From Bdellovibrionales bacterium (GTDB lineage Bacteria > Bdellovibrionota > Bdellovibrionia > Bdellovibrionales > UBA1609), in assembly GCA_965199825.1 (NCBI GenBank), contig OZ241329.1, positions 1,024,001 to 1,088,000 of the forward strand: DNA of 64,000 nucleotides, given 5' to 3'. A program made the position numbers and the translations under genes. Below are positions 37,430-48,900 of this stretch, in pieces. How positions within the stretch are numbered: position 1 is the first letter of the stretch; each line of letters begins with the position of its first letter. Under the pieces are notes generated by a model. The model was not told where the DNA came from, searched no databases, and was given only the letters and a program-made list of their open reading frames with translations.

Positions 37430-37663
37430 TTAAGAGTTGGTTTGGCCGCGACCTGTGGCCTTTTGAAGTTCATCGATCATCTCTGAAGCTTCAGCTTTAT
37501 TCAGTTGCGGATTAAATTCCTTGCCCGCTTCTTCACAAAGAGTTTGCAAGTAGCTGGCTTGTGCACCAGTCATTGCCTCGGCACCGGTCACCCACTGTTC
37601 TGGGTCTTTGATGGCGTTACCTTGAGGATTTGCTTTTGGATTAATTTCGGTTTCGTTTGCCAT
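37430..37663 (-). CDS. DUF3072 family protein
   Basis: KDPEQWVTGAEAMTGAQASYLQTLCEEAG...LNKAEASEMIDEL signature; AAGGAG SD. Confidence 0.9.
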   Translation of the reverse strand: MANETEINPKANPQGNAIKDPEQWVTGAEAMTGAQASYLQTLCEEAGKEFNPQLNKAEASEMIDELQKATGRGQTNS

Positions 37664-37672
37664 GGAGGCTCC

Positions 37673-38263
37673 TTATTCAAGTTTGGTAAATGTGTAGATC
37701 AGATTATCGCCAATTGGGCATACATCATTTGGAGAAGTTTGTACCTCAACCTCTTTAACAACCAAGGTATCTCCAAAAATTTCAAAAGTCGCGTCGCCCC
37801 CGCTTGCTTTTTCGTTATCGCTACCACAAGTGCTCTCAAATCGGACTCGAGAGCCGATATGGAGAGTAGAGCCATTAACAGTGTATTCATTTACTTCATG
37901 GTTACTGCACTGGTAACCCACATCCAAAGTATCAAGAGTCGATAGGGCAATTTTATATCCGTTCACCAAGTCGGTTTTTTCGGTACTGTCTTCTTGGGTT
38001 TGAGCTAAATCGATTGCCGCTTGAACTCGTTTTTTCATTTCGGTGATGTACTCTTTTTTATACTTAAGGCTCACATCCGATTTCATCTCAACCTGAGTAT
38101 CGGTGATTGTTGAAGTCAGGCTTAATTTTCCATCGGCATGAGGACCAAATGCTTGGTAAGCCGCGCCCGAGGAACATTCGGTTTTTGAAAGGTGCCAAGT
38201 GCCATTGAGTTCGCTTGCCGAGGCAAAAGTTGATAATGCAAAAATAATTAATGTGTATTTCAT
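37673..38263 (-). CDS. Secreted protein, possibly a lipocalin-like beta barrel
   Basis: AGGAG SD + ATG 38263; signal peptide; ELNGTW motif near the N-terminus; ends YTFTK. Confidence 0.6.
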   Translation of the reverse strand: MKYTLIIFALSTFASASELNGTWHLSKTECSSGAAYQAFGPHADGKLSLTSTITDTQVEMKSDVSLKYKKEYITEMKKRVQAAIDLAQTQEDSTEKTDLVNGYKIALSTLDTLDVGYQCSNHEVNEYTVNGSTLHIGSRVRFESTCGSDNEKASGGDATFEIFGDTLVVKEVEVQTSPNDVCPIGDNLIYTFTKLE

Positions 38264-38444
38264 AATTTCTCCTGTTGTGGAGGGCAACCTAACAAGGAAT
38301 GGGGGCCGACTCAATGGTTCAATTGTGGTTTAAAATTCAAATTTTGCCGCGGCAGTGCGAACGATGGTAGAAACCCTCAAAATCGCGTTTTGTTCTAATA
38401 ACTGTTTGACTGCATCAGTGATTTGACGCGAAAACCTTTGTCAC

Positions 38445-38536
38445 GGAGAGGTGTCCGAGTGGCCGAAGGAGCTCGACTCGAAATCGAGTAAGCGCCTTAA
38501 AACGCTTCGTGAGTTCGAATCTCACCCTCTCCGCCA
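38445..38536 (+). tRNA. tRNA-Ser(CGA)
   Basis: GGAGAGG acceptor stem, anticodon arm CTCGA-CT-CGA-AA-TCGAG, long variable arm, T-loop, CCA. Confidence 0.97.
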
Positions 38537-38726
38537 ATTCTCTTCTGCAGAATCTATCAGTTTTGCAGGGATCATTTTGTCTGATACCAAGGCTGTTCCA
38601 ATGGCCCCAACCAAATAGTAATTATTTAAATTTAAGGTCTGTGGTGCGAAAATTGCCCTCTTTTGTAAAAGAGCGACGTTTTATGGCGTTTGGAAGGGGT
38701 GAAACGCTTCGAGCCCTGCCCTCAAT

Positions 38727-38742
38727 TGGCAGTAAATCTGCA
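38727..38742 (+). promoter_or_regulatory. Sigma54-type promoter candidate
   Basis: TGGCAG-N5-CTGCA, GG-N10-GC spacing, 34 nt upstream of ATG 38777. Confidence 0.5.
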
Positions 38743-38776
38743 ACACCGAGGTCAGTAATTTTAAAAGGATGAGCTC

Positions 38777-39217
38777 ATGTTAAAGATTTTGGTTTGTTGC
38801 GGAATGATTGGTATTTTTGGAGTTAAAAGCTTTGCTGGAATCAATCCCGATGAAAAAAAGATGATCGCTATGAAAAAGCTGAGCTTTATCGGGCGTCAGC
38901 AAATTGCACTTCAAAGTCTACAGGAACAATTGGACCGAGCCGAAGATGATCGCAATGGTCATCTGCTCATTACCACCACTTCAGTCATCACATTTGTATC
39001 TTCGATTTCTATCTTAGCTGCCTTTGAAAAAACCATAACCAAAAAAATAATCGAAAATTTCCTCTGGGCGTCTACAGGGGTTGTGGTGTGGGAAGGCGGC
39101 AAGCAGTTTCTGATGTTTGATCAAGTCAAAGTACGGCTGATACAAAAGGAAATAGATCGGGCGCAAGAGGAGTTGGCACTCGCTCGTGAGACTTACGAAA
39201 GCTTAAAGAAAAATTAA
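38777..39217 (+). CDS. Secreted/membrane coiled-coil protein with hydrophobic hairpin
   Basis: Signal peptide, coiled coil, two hydrophobic segments, coiled coil. Confidence 0.75.
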   Translation: MLKILVCCGMIGIFGVKSFAGINPDEKKMIAMKKLSFIGRQQIALQSLQEQLDRAEDDRNGHLLITTTSVITFVSSISILAAFEKTITKKIIENFLWASTGVVVWEGGKQFLMFDQVKVRLIQKEIDRAQEELALARETYESLKKN

Positions 39218-39224
39218 ATATTAT

Positions 39225-40037
39225 ATGTTTATGCCAAATAAGTTCCTATTCAACTTTATCTTGATTGGACTTACTCTTGGCGCGGTCCCATTAGCACAAG
39301 CCTGGGACATCAATTCGGCTGAAGCCGAAAATTATTCATTGATGCGGATGGACCCCGTCTATCTAGAAACTCGCAATGCATGTACAAATAATCCGGCGCT
39401 TATTGATGAGACTGTTGCCGAAACAAATATTTTTAAGATAGTTTTTGGAGCAAGTTTAGGCCAAGTTTCGGACGCACTCGCCTTTGACCCTTCAGCGATA
39501 ATTTCTGTTTATAAAAACAAAGGTCTCTCTCCGGTAACAACCAATCTTCTTCGCTATCAGCCTTTTTTAATTGCGGTAAACGACTGCTTTCCTTGGGACA
39601 CCAAAAGCCAAAATCTGTTTATTGCACGCTTCATTGTGACTGATGTCTTAGCAAAGGTTTCGGTTGCTGGAGGTCTTGCGCTCGCGGGGTATGGTGCCTC
39701 AAAAGTGACCAAGATGCTGGCAGAAAAAATTCCGATGTTGAAAAGATATGTCAGAGGGGGAGCGCTTCTTCTTGCTGTCATGGTATTTTTCGACATGGCC
39801 CAAAAACAACGGTGGTCTCCCACTGAAGAAGAAAAAACTCAGATGATTGATTTGGTAAAATCCAAAACCGATGGAGCACGAGAGAGTCTGAAAGAAGCCA
39901 ATCTCTTGCTTGAATCAGAAATCAATGAGATGAAAAATAAACTTGCTTCTCTCGACACAGAACAAAAATTGAGATTTGAAAAACTCAATAAGTTGCATCA
40001 AAGAAATTTAGATTTTTTAAATTCGTCACCTAATTGA
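39225..40037 (+). CDS. Secreted/membrane protein with hydrophobic hairpin and C-terminal coiled coil
   Basis: Signal peptide ending AQA; VSVAGGLALAGYGA and GGALLLAVMVFF segments; 7 nt from the upstream gene. Confidence 0.75.
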   Translation: MFMPNKFLFNFILIGLTLGAVPLAQAWDINSAEAENYSLMRMDPVYLETRNACTNNPALIDETVAETNIFKIVFGASLGQVSDALAFDPSAIISVYKNKGLSPVTTNLLRYQPFLIAVNDCFPWDTKSQNLFIARFIVTDVLAKVSVAGGLALAGYGASKVTKMLAEKIPMLKRYVRGGALLLAVMVFFDMAQKQRWSPTEEEKTQMIDLVKSKTDGARESLKEANLLLESEINEMKNKLASLDTEQKLRFEKLNKLHQRNLDFLNSSPN

Positions 40038-41985
40038 GCGCCCACAGCACTCCACCTTGAGCCGAATAAATCACCAAATTTCCATCGTCTTGCACGGCGA
40101 GCATCGCCCCAGGATTATTTCCTGTGGATGTGGTCCATCGTGCTTGGCCGGCATTGTCGTAAGACACCAAATTTCCATCAGACTGCATGACGAGATTGGC
40201 TCCAGCCGAAGTGTACCACATCACCGTTTGGTCTGATCGATACAGCACTAAGTTGCCGTTGGATTGAAGGTTAAGATAATAAGCGCCGCTCGGAGAACGC
40301 ACAATTCCAGAAGCCGTAATACTTTGATTGCTCCTTAAAGATCCAATCAAATTAACCGGATTGTTACCAAGAGGTTTGACCCAGGGAAAAAGCACCGAGA
40401 GGTCAATATCCACTCTGTGGGTGGACTGCGCCATTGAGCCGTCTAAAGGAATAACAGGTTGATTGAGTGCTAAATAATTTGTGGTGTCGCGGCAATCAAC
40501 CCGCACCCAAGTTTGTCCACCCCAAGAATCTAAACCCGAAATGTTTGAATTGGAACAGCGATGGCTAATTGGATTTGCAGGGTTATTCGGATCACACAAA
40601 ACACCTTGTCCTGTAGCCGCAGGTGAACCCGCAAAATTTGGATCTTGGCAGCGCGATAAAGGAATCCACGCTTCCCATCTTGTAAATCCATATTCGCGAG
40701 TAAAATAATAGCGTTCCATTCCGGTATTTTTTGCCGACAACTGATCTGAATAAAAATCGTAGGTCACAATCGATGACAGTGTTTTTTTACTTTCAAAAGT
40801 AACAGGTGCGGGTGCATTCCATACATCAAGAACATGATCTGCAAAATTTGTTGCGCAGCCTGCGGGAGCTGAATCTGTCAGCTCAACATGCCAACGTGGG
40901 TGCGAGCTGCTTCCGGAGCCCGCGTTAGGCTGAAACAAAATCCATCCACCCGAAAGTTGGGTGAGGTTCGATTGCCAAGCTTGATCATAACAACCTCCAT
41001 CAGAGGTGCGGATAAAAGAAAAATTTCCGCTGGTGGTTTCCATCAGATCATATCCATCTCGTGAAGGATCAAATCGAAATTGAAATGAAGAATCTAATGG
41101 ACCTTGTAGGTTTTTGGCTGTCATCACTTTCAAAGTTCCATCAACTCCGGGCACGGGATAACTAAAATTTGCCTGATAACGCTGACCATTTGTCGTATCA
41201 AAGTCACTGACAAGATAAGGAAATTTTTCGCCGATTTGAATATTGCGATGGCTCGCACAAACTGCAGGATCTCCTGCGATCACATGATTATTTTGATCAA
41301 CACAAACATCACCAATCACAAAATCTAGAGCCTGATCGCCAGAAGCCACGCGCTGATTGAGTGAAGCAATCAAAGGATCTGCAATTGGTTGAACAAAACA
41401 GGTTGAGTAACTTGCAGAACCCGAAAGATTTCCATTTACACATGTGCGTGCTTCAGATTGGCAATCTTGCCCGTAGCGCACACTCGACCAAATAAATCCT
41501 AGAACAGATTGGCCATTTGAAATTGTTTGTCCGTTAAATGAACATGCCGCTGGGCCTTGCACCTGACAGGTGCTTGCCAAAAATGACCCCGACAAATTTC
41601 CGTTGTCGCAAAGTCTTGATTCAGTTTTGCAAGTGTCACCGTAAGAAACCGACGTGGATTGAAAGAGGGTGAGGCTTTGCCCATCTAAAATTGTGATTCC
41701 CTCAACCGCACAATTTGCACGAACAGTTTGTATTGGAGTCACTGGAGGTGGCGTTACTATAGGTTGAGTCACTGAAGGTGGCGTCACTGTGGGCGGAGTG
41801 ACCGTGGGTTGCGTTAAGACGGGTTGCGAAGGAGCGACAACCGGCTGTGTCGTCGAAGTGGAGGTTTGCGATCCGGAAAGAGGTGCAACAGTCAGTGATT
41901 TAAAACCACTGCATCCTATTGAGAACAAAACCGCAGACAAAATATAGATTTGAAATACGATTTTGATAAAGCCCCCTTGACCCAA
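40030..41985 (-). CDS. Modular surface lipoprotein: Pro/Thr linker, two Cys-rich repeats, unknown central domain, C-terminal bulb-type (B-) lectin
   Basis: Lipobox SIGC; VTPP/VTQP repeats; two C..E.R.C.NGNLSGS repeats; three QxD/NGNLVxY motifs (QSNGNLVLY, QSDGNLVSY, QDDGNLVIY). Confidence 0.85.
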   Translation of the reverse strand: MGQGGFIKIVFQIYILSAVLFSIGCSGFKSLTVAPLSGSQTSTSTTQPVVAPSQPVLTQPTVTPPTVTPPSVTQPIVTPPPVTPIQTVRANCAVEGITILDGQSLTLFQSTSVSYGDTCKTESRLCDNGNLSGSFLASTCQVQGPAACSFNGQTISNGQSVLGFIWSSVRYGQDCQSEARTCVNGNLSGSASYSTCFVQPIADPLIASLNQRVASGDQALDFVIGDVCVDQNNHVIAGDPAVCASHRNIQIGEKFPYLVSDFDTTNGQRYQANFSYPVPGVDGTLKVMTAKNLQGPLDSSFQFRFDPSRDGYDLMETTSGNFSFIRTSDGGCYDQAWQSNLTQLSGGWILFQPNAGSGSSSHPRWHVELTDSAPAGCATNFADHVLDVWNAPAPVTFESKKTLSSIVTYDFYSDQLSAKNTGMERYYFTREYGFTRWEAWIPLSRCQDPNFAGSPAATGQGVLCDPNNPANPISHRCSNSNISGLDSWGGQTWVRVDCRDTTNYLALNQPVIPLDGSMAQSTHRVDIDLSVLFPWVKPLGNNPVNLIGSLRSNQSITASGIVRSPSGAYYLNLQSNGNLVLYRSDQTVMWYTSAGANLVMQSDGNLVSYDNAGQARWTTSTGNNPGAMLAVQDDGNLVIYSAQGGVLWALN

Positions 41986-42111
41986 TACTTTGCAAGGTGG
42001 ACTCCACGGGTAGCCAAGTTTAAACCGAAGATGGCATCGTCTTTCTCAAATAAGATCGACTAAGGATTCAACGTGTAAATTCATTCAACAAGCGCTGTCT
42101 CACACTGAGAC

Positions 42112-42843
42112 TTAAGGCGTTGATGAGGGCGAAGAATTTTCTTTTGATTTTAAAAATTGTGATGGATTCGAAGTTTGCCAATCAAAAAAATCTTTTTTGG
42201 TTTGACACTTCTGCAATTCTTTTTTGTAGAGTTCATTCAATTCATCATTATTCATTTGATCAGAATTTGGTGATCCAAAAAAAGCAATCTGACCCGGTCG
42301 TTTCAAAATGCTCAAACGTTCGCGAATCATAATTTTCAGGCGGCTCATCTTAACGGGCGAGGGTAAATTAAAATAAGACGATAGATCTCGACAAATTGAA
42401 GCATCCTTTAAGACGGTAAACGTTTTATTGTTTATTTTAGTAACCGTATCGAGTGCGCACGTATTGATGCTATTTACGAATCGATAAGTTTTATTTTGGT
42501 AGGAGATCTCAAAACCTTTTTCATCCCTTTGAATGTTAAGATCAGACTCATTATCTTGCTCATTTTGATTGAAGGCGACATTTTGCTTTAAACCTGTTGC
42601 CGCTTTAAAATGAAGAACATCATGCGCCGAATTGAGATCATAGGATTTTGTCGAAACCCGATTGAGTTGTGGCAATTGATTCAAGGTGCGATTGATTTCT
42701 GTAATTTCGTTAGCGGTGACTCGACCATCTGCCAGTACGGTTGCTAACGCGGCAACGACAGGCGAGGAAACAGTTTTTATTTGCTCTTCGCAACTGATGT
42801 TTGCAAATGAGAGCGCGATATTTAGGGCAATCCATAAAATCAT
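42112..42843 (-). CDS. Secreted hypothetical protein
   Basis: Signal peptide ending SFA followed by NISC. Confidence 0.7.
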   Translation of the reverse strand: MILWIALNIALSFANISCEEQIKTVSSPVVAALATVLADGRVTANEITEINRTLNQLPQLNRVSTKSYDLNSAHDVLHFKAATGLKQNVAFNQNEQDNESDLNIQRDEKGFEISYQNKTYRFVNSINTCALDTVTKINNKTFTVLKDASICRDLSSYFNLPSPVKMSRLKIMIRERLSILKRPGQIAFFGSPNSDQMNNDELNELYKKELQKCQTKKDFFDWQTSNPSQFLKSKENSSPSSTP

Positions 42844-42918
42844 ATGTCAAAAGTTTACCACAACTCATTACACGCTCAATTGAGAGATCGACAAAAGGCC
42901 AGGTATCGCAGGAAGTCT

Positions 42919-42945
42919 TAAGCACTTAGATAAATGCGTCGATAA
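42919..42945 (+). promoter_or_regulatory. Sigma28 (FliA)-like promoter candidate
   Basis: TAAG-N15-GTCGATAA, 17 nt upstream of the CHASE kinase ATG. Confidence 0.5.
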
Positions 42946-42962
42946 ATCCTGGGTGGTCTAAA

Positions 42963-45788
42963 ATGAAGTTCCTCATTCAAATGCCTTTTTTAGTGGGTGC
43001 GATTCTCATCGCGGGATTTGTGAGCCTTTGGCAAATGCAACTTCGTAACGAGATCAACTACCAACACTCACGTGTCGAAGCTGAGCATCAACGGGTCGAA
43101 CTTGAAATCACCGAGACACTCAAGCAAACCTCATTTGCTCTTGAGCGATACGCTTCGAGAGTCGAAATTCTCGGGACCAAGAACACCGCATTTTTAAATC
43201 ATGATAGCGATGCTTACTTAAGACAAATTCCGATTCTTAAGCGTATGGGAATCGTCGACAAAAACTACCGCGTGTATTGGTCCTATCCTCACGATTTTGA
43301 TGCGCAAATTTTAGGTTATGACCAAAGAAAAGAGCTTGAGCGTCGCGAGGCTTTTGATTTGGCAAAAGAAACCAGATCGCCAATTTTAAGTCATATCATC
43401 GATTTGCGTTCGGGTAGCCGTGGGTTCATTATTCCGGTGGCTTTATTTCCAAACGGAAAATTTGATGGATTTGTTTACGCAACAATTAGCGTGGAAAAAC
43501 TTGCATCAAGTTACCTTGCTAATCCAAATTTGCTAATCACTTTACGCACAGGCGATGAGATTATTCATCAGTCAAAGGTTTCGGACGAGATTGCGATTGA
43601 GCTGAAACAAAACCGCGATATTCGTATTGGCAAAGCCAATATCAATATCGAAATTGTTCCGACAAAAAAGTTTTTGGCGGCTGGACGTTCAAGCCTTCCC
43701 TCGAGCATTCTTTATTTTGGAATATTAGTTTCGATTTTGATATCGGCATTGACCCACAGCATGTCTCGTTCGCGTAAAACTGCCATCAACAATCTCGAAT
43801 GGCGAAAGACGCTGATCAACTCGGCACATTACGGAATTATCTCTACCGACGAAAATGGAATCATTCGGACTTTTAGTCGTGCAGCAGCAGATATGTTTGG
43901 TTACGATCCCGATGATTTGATCGGCAAATCCTCACCAATGATTTTTCATAAAATTGACGAGGTCGAGGCGGTATCAAAAACTCTGAGTGTTGAACTTGGA
44001 CGAAAAATCAAACCTGGCTTAGATACCTTTACCTTAAAAGCAAAGTTGACCGGAATCCCTGACGAAAACGAATGGACTTTTAAAAGAAAAGACCAAACCG
44101 AATTCCAAGGAAGTCTCTCGGTCACCGCAATTTTTAATACTTCAGGGGTGATCACCGGATATCTCGGAATCTGTCAAAATCTGACAGAACGAAAAAAAGC
44201 GGACGAAGAAATTCGTTCAACCGCTCAACGACTTCAGCGCGTGATTGAAGCCACTGAAGAAGGAATTTGGGAGCGAGAGTATGTTCCTAATGGTGAAATC
44301 ACTTTTATCGATTCACAAGGAAAAATCGTCCACGGTTTTGAACCAGAAGACGATGTGAAATATGTTGATGTCATTTCTATGGTTGATTCAGATGATTTGG
44401 CAAAAGTCGGAGATCAAATCCGAATGCATGTTGAAAATAAAACTTTGGGTTTTGAGGTTGAATATCGCTTGTATCCTAAAGATGGGCTCACTCACTGGAT
44501 TCGGGCACGCGGCAAAGTGATTGAGCGCCCTCAACAAAACGCCCTTTTAGTTTCAACCATTCGGGATGTGACCGCAGAAATCGAAACTCGAGACCGTTTA
44601 AAACACGCCCTTTACCAGGCCGAAGAAGCCACTCGTGCAAAATCAGAATTTTTGGCCAATATGTCTCACGAGATCAGAACTCCTCTTAATGGAGTCATTG
44701 GGATGACCGGGCTCTTGTTGGATTGTCCCCTTGGTGACACCGAAAAAGAATATGCCGAAACGGTTCGCAATTCTGCAGAAGCACTTTTAAATTTAATTAA
44801 CGACATTTTGGATTTTTCAAAAATCGAGGCGCGCAAATTAGACCTTGAAAATATTGAATTTAATTTTGATCGCACGATTTCAAATATTTTATCTTTACTC
44901 GATTTTTCGGCTAAGAAAAAAGACATCAAAATTCACTTTCATCCCTCAGTCGACATCAAAACCGCCACCTTTAAAGGGGATCCAAATCGCATAGGACAAG
45001 TTCTTGCGAATTTGGTGAGCAACGCTGTGAAATTCACACCAAGTGGAGACATCACAGTGGATGTGTTTTTTGATGGCTCGCCTCAGGTAGAAAATAAAAA
45101 ATGTTTACGTGTCGAGGTCAGCGATACTGGGATCGGGATGTCGACTGAGGCTCTGCGCCGAATATTTCAGCCATTTAGCCAAGCAGATAGCTCGACCACT
45201 CGTAAATTTGGTGGAACTGGCCTTGGACTCTCAATCTCCAAACACCTTTGCGAAATTATGGGTGGTGAGATTGGTGTGCGCAGTGTTGAAGGCAAAGGTT
45301 CGACCTTTTGGTTTACCCTCGTGGTCGAGACTATTGAAAAATCGAAGCAGAATGGTTTAAACGAATCCAAAGTGGTGGTTAATGATGGATCTTTAAATAA
45401 GGTCCGTGTTCTTTTGGCTGAGGACAATTCAGTCAACCAGATGATTGCCAAAAAGATGCTCGAAAAGCATGGCATCCGGGTTGATGTGGTTGCAAACGGA
45501 CAAGAAGCAATCGTTGCACTGGCCCATGTTCCCTATGACTTGGTTCTGATGGATTGTCAGATGCCCGAGCTCAATGGTTACGAAGCGACCATGAAAATTC
45601 GCGAAAACAAATCCACCCCATATTCTAACATTCCAATTATTGCACTGACCGCCAACGCCATGTCGAGCGACCGAATCAAATGTCTTGAGGCGGGCATGAA
45701 TGACTACGTCACCAAACCGGTAAAAGCTGATGAATTGATTGGCGCCATCAAACGCGCTTTCGATAAAACCGATAAACTCGTCGCCTGA
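42963..45788 (+). CDS. Hybrid sensor kinase TM-CHASE-like-TM-PAS-PAS-HisKA-HATPase-REC
   Basis: Two TM helices around a periplasmic domain (ILGYDQR...[12 protein letters not shown]); PAS/PAC motifs; H-box [17 protein letters not shown]; receiver LVLMDCQMP. Confidence 0.93.
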   Translation: MKFLIQMPFLVGAILIAGFVSLWQMQLRNEINYQHSRVEAEHQRVELEITETLKQTSFALERYASRVEILGTKNTAFLNHDSDAYLRQIPILKRMGIVDKNYRVYWSYPHDFDAQILGYDQRKELERREAFDLAKETRSPILSHIIDLRSGSRGFIIPVALFPNGKFDGFVYATISVEKLASSYLANPNLLITLRTGDEIIHQSKVSDEIAIELKQNRDIRIGKANINIEIVPTKKFLAAGRSSLPSSILYFGILVSILISALTHSMSRSRKTAINNLEWRKTLINSAHYGIISTDENGIIRTFSRAAADMFGYDPDDLIGKSSPMIFHKIDEVEAVSKTLSVELGRKIKPGLDTFTLKAKLTGIPDENEWTFKRKDQTEFQGSLSVTAIFNTSGVITGYLGICQNLTERKKADEEIRSTAQRLQRVIEATEEGIWEREYVPNGEITFIDSQGKIVHGFEPEDDVKYVDVISMVDSDDLAKVGDQIRMHVENKTLGFEVEYRLYPKDGLTHWIRARGKVIERPQQNALLVSTIRDVTAEIETRDRLKHALYQAEEATRAKSEFLANMSHEIRTPLNGVIGMTGLLLDCPLGDTEKEYAETVRNSAEALLNLINDILDFSKIEARKLDLENIEFNFDRTISNILSLLDFSAKKKDIKIHFHPSVDIKTATFKGDPNRIGQVLANLVSNAVKFTPSGDITVDVFFDGSPQVENKKCLRVEVSDTGIGMSTEALRRIFQPFSQADSSTTRKFGGTGLGLSISKHLCEIMGGEIGVRSVEGKGSTFWFTLVVETIEKSKQNGLNESKVVVNDGSLNKVRVLLAEDNSVNQMIAKKMLEKHGIRVDVVANGQEAIVALAHVPYDLVLMDCQMPELNGYEATMKIRENKSTPYSNIPIIALTANAMSSDRIKCLEAGMNDYVTKPVKADELIGAIKRAFDKTDKLVA

Positions 45789-45936
45789 TTTTTAATCACT
45801 CGGCGTGAACGATGGTTGATGATCTCTTTGAGCCAACCAGACCTATCCTCCTAAAATGACAAACTGAGCCTTTGGCAAAATAAATTCCACTCTCTGATTG
45901 GGCATGATAATTATACGATGCCAATGGGAGTTTTCG

Positions 45937-48900
45937 ATGAAGCATATCTCGTCATTCCAAAAGTTTACGGCTGAGGCCTGCGAAAAAGAACCGATCCATA
46001 TTCCAGGGTCTGTGCAGCCCCATGGAATTTTGATTGCGCTGAGATCTTCAGATTTAACTATTCAGCAGATTAGCTCGAATGTTTTTGATCATTTGGGGAT
46101 TCATCCTGATGAGCTCCTTCACCAACCTTTGTCACAGTTGATGGATCTTCATCCGGTGGAGCAGGCCACTCTTAAACTGGGCGAGCGGATGCCGCGGCTT
46201 CTTAATCCGATTCCGATTATTATCGAGGCCCATGGCCGGCGTCGGAGTTATGATGGAATCCTCCACCGCAGCGGTCGGACAATCATTTTAGAGCTCGAAA
46301 ACCACATTCCCCGTAACGAAGGGTATGGGGGATTTGGCGGATTTTACGAAGCTATTCGCGAGGTCGCCACTCAACTGATGAGTGCTCACTCACTCGACGA
46401 AATTCTAACTAACGGATGTGTTGAACTTCGAAAACTCACCAGTTTTTCGCGGGTACTTGCTTATAAATTTGATGACGATTGGAATGGGGCTGTCGTAGCC
46501 GAATCGAGAGAGCCTCATATGCCCTCACTTCTTCATCATCGATTTCCGTCGACAGATATTCCAAAGCAGGCTCGAGATCTTTACACCACAAATTGGCTTC
46601 GATTGATCCCTGATGTGGACTACGTACCAAGCCCAATTGTTCCGAGTTTAAATCCCTTAACCGATAAGCCGCTAGATCTCAGTAATTCGGTTTTACGAAG
46701 CGTGTCGCCTGTTCATGTTGAGTACATGCGCAATATGGGCCAGGCCGCATCGATGTCGATTTCACTTTTAAAAGACAAAAAACTTTGGGGTTTGATTTCG
46801 TGTCATCACGAAAAATCAAATTACCTCAAATTTGATACCCGGGTGGCTGCGGAGTTTATTGGTCAAATGGTCTCGGCCCAGATCACTGCGCGTGAAGATG
46901 CCAGTGAGGAAGATAATCCCAGTCATCTTCGTATCCTTTTATCTGCCGCACTTTCTTCGCGCACCGGACTTTCGGGTGCCTTCGATATATTAAAAAAATA
47001 TGGCAATCATCTGATGGGAGTTGCGGACTCAAGAGGTGTGGCGGTCTGTTCAAAAACTCAGTGCCATACCTTTGGAGTTGTTCCTCAAGCCTCTGACATT
47101 AAAGTTTTAAGAAATTTGTTAGCCAAACGAAATGATCGTTTTTTCTACACCAATGAAATCAGAAAATTTCAGGAATTCAGCAAAGAGTTTATTTCAAAGG
47201 CCGCCGGCGTAATGGCAATTCTACTTCCTAATGGGGCTCAAATTATTTGGTTTCGACCAGAGGTCATCGAGCAAATTCCTTGGAGCGGCAATCCTAATTT
47301 ATCAAAAGAAAAAGATCCCGATGGTCAATTAAGACCAAGAAAATCTTTTGAAACTTGGCTTGAAAATGTCGAAGGCAAATCGCTCTCTTGGAAAGAGGCT
47401 GACATTAGCGCAGTCAAACTTTTAAACGAGGCTCTTTCAGGAATGCCTGATGAAATTGTTGATTCAGAAAAAGAAAATAGCGGAGCGTTTAGATCTGCAC
47501 TGGCCCGCTCCATTGAGAATACCCATTCAACAAAGGAATCCAGAGAACCTACTGTCACCGAACATCCGAGCAATTTGCAAGAGGCTTCAGTCAATTCGCG
47601 AGCACTGCTTGATGGTTTTGCCGAGTTTTCGGTTTTGTTTTTAAGTCCAGTGGGTGAAATTCAAACTTGGACCTTAGGTGCTACTCGTCTTCTGGGATAC
47701 ACCACCACACAAGCAGTGGGAAAGCGGATGGATCTTTTTTTAAGCGACGATGAAATCGCAAAAGATAAACACTCCCGCATTCTTGAGTATGTTGCGGGTC
47801 ACAACCGCTGCGAAGAAGAAATTTGGCTTTACCGGGCCGATCGCTCAAGTTTTTGGGGAAAAATCATGGTCGCAGCTGTCCGTGATGAAAAAGAAAGTCT
47901 TATTGGCTACTCTGTGGTGATTCAAGACGTCACCAAAGAAAAGGCTGCAGAAGAGGAGCTCCGGGCGACAAAAGTTGCAGCCGAAGCCGCAAATAGAGCA
48001 AAAACAGCATTTCTCGCTAACATCAGCCACGAGATCAGAACTCCTCTGGGAGCTGTTCTCGGTTTTGCCGAACTACTTGGGGCTACAACAATTAGCGATG
48101 AAGATCGCGCCAATTTAAGTGACCGGATCCATCGCAATGGCGAGCAGCTCACAAGTTTGATTAATGATCTTTTAGATCTCACAAAAGTTGAAGCCAATAA
48201 GCTCGATGTCGAACTTTTGGAGTTTGATCTTTCAGCCTTATTGCTGGATACCAGCGAAACACTCTCAATCAAAGCCTCGGAAAAAAGTATTCAGCTTGTA
48301 TTCAAAGTCAATGGATTGGTGCCCCGATTTATCGTGAGCGATCCCACACGGCTTAGACAAATTTTGGTCAACATTATTAGTAATGCAATTAAGTTTACGC
48401 CCGAAGGTGGTAAAGTCTCGGTGTCGGTTTCACAACAAAATGTAGACCAACAAAATAAGATCCATATTCATGTGTCAGATACCGGTCGTGGGATGAGCGA
48501 AGATCAAACAAAAAATTTATTTAAACCGTTTGTCCAAGCCGATGTTTCAACCACCCGCAAATTTGGTGGCACGGGTCTTGGCCTTTTTGTTTCACGTCGA
48601 CTGGCTCGACTTCTCAACGGAGATGTTTCAATCGAAGAATCAGAAATTGGCAAAGGAAGTGTATTTTTAATTTCTGTGGATGCGGGTCAACCTCAAAGCG
48701 AAAAGGTTTTTACCGCACTTGAGCCCTCCACAAAAACTGCTCCCCTTAATCTTTTGGACAACGAAGAACTCAAAAACACAAAAATATTGGTTGTTGATGA
48801 TTCGCCAGACAATCGACAGCTCATCCAATTTTATTTGATGCGTGCGGGAGCCCATGTCGAAGTTGCCGAAAACGGCCGCGAAGGGATTGAAAAAGCATTT

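Noticed and set aside
7530..38536. 29-bp direct repeat as a proven attL/attR pair
   Set aside because: Both copies are 3' ends of complete isoacceptor tRNAs, so paralogy explains the identity; no integrase is present
41730..41830. Short DNA repeats (GAGTCACTG.AGGTGGCGT)
   Set aside because: Explained by the VTPP/VTQP linker of the lipoprotein; not an independent element
42097..42111. Palindrome GTCTCA-N3-TGAGAC, with weak echoes at 29091 and 60714, as an operator family
   Set aside because: Only one perfect copy; the others are too degenerate to support without a genome-wide motif search
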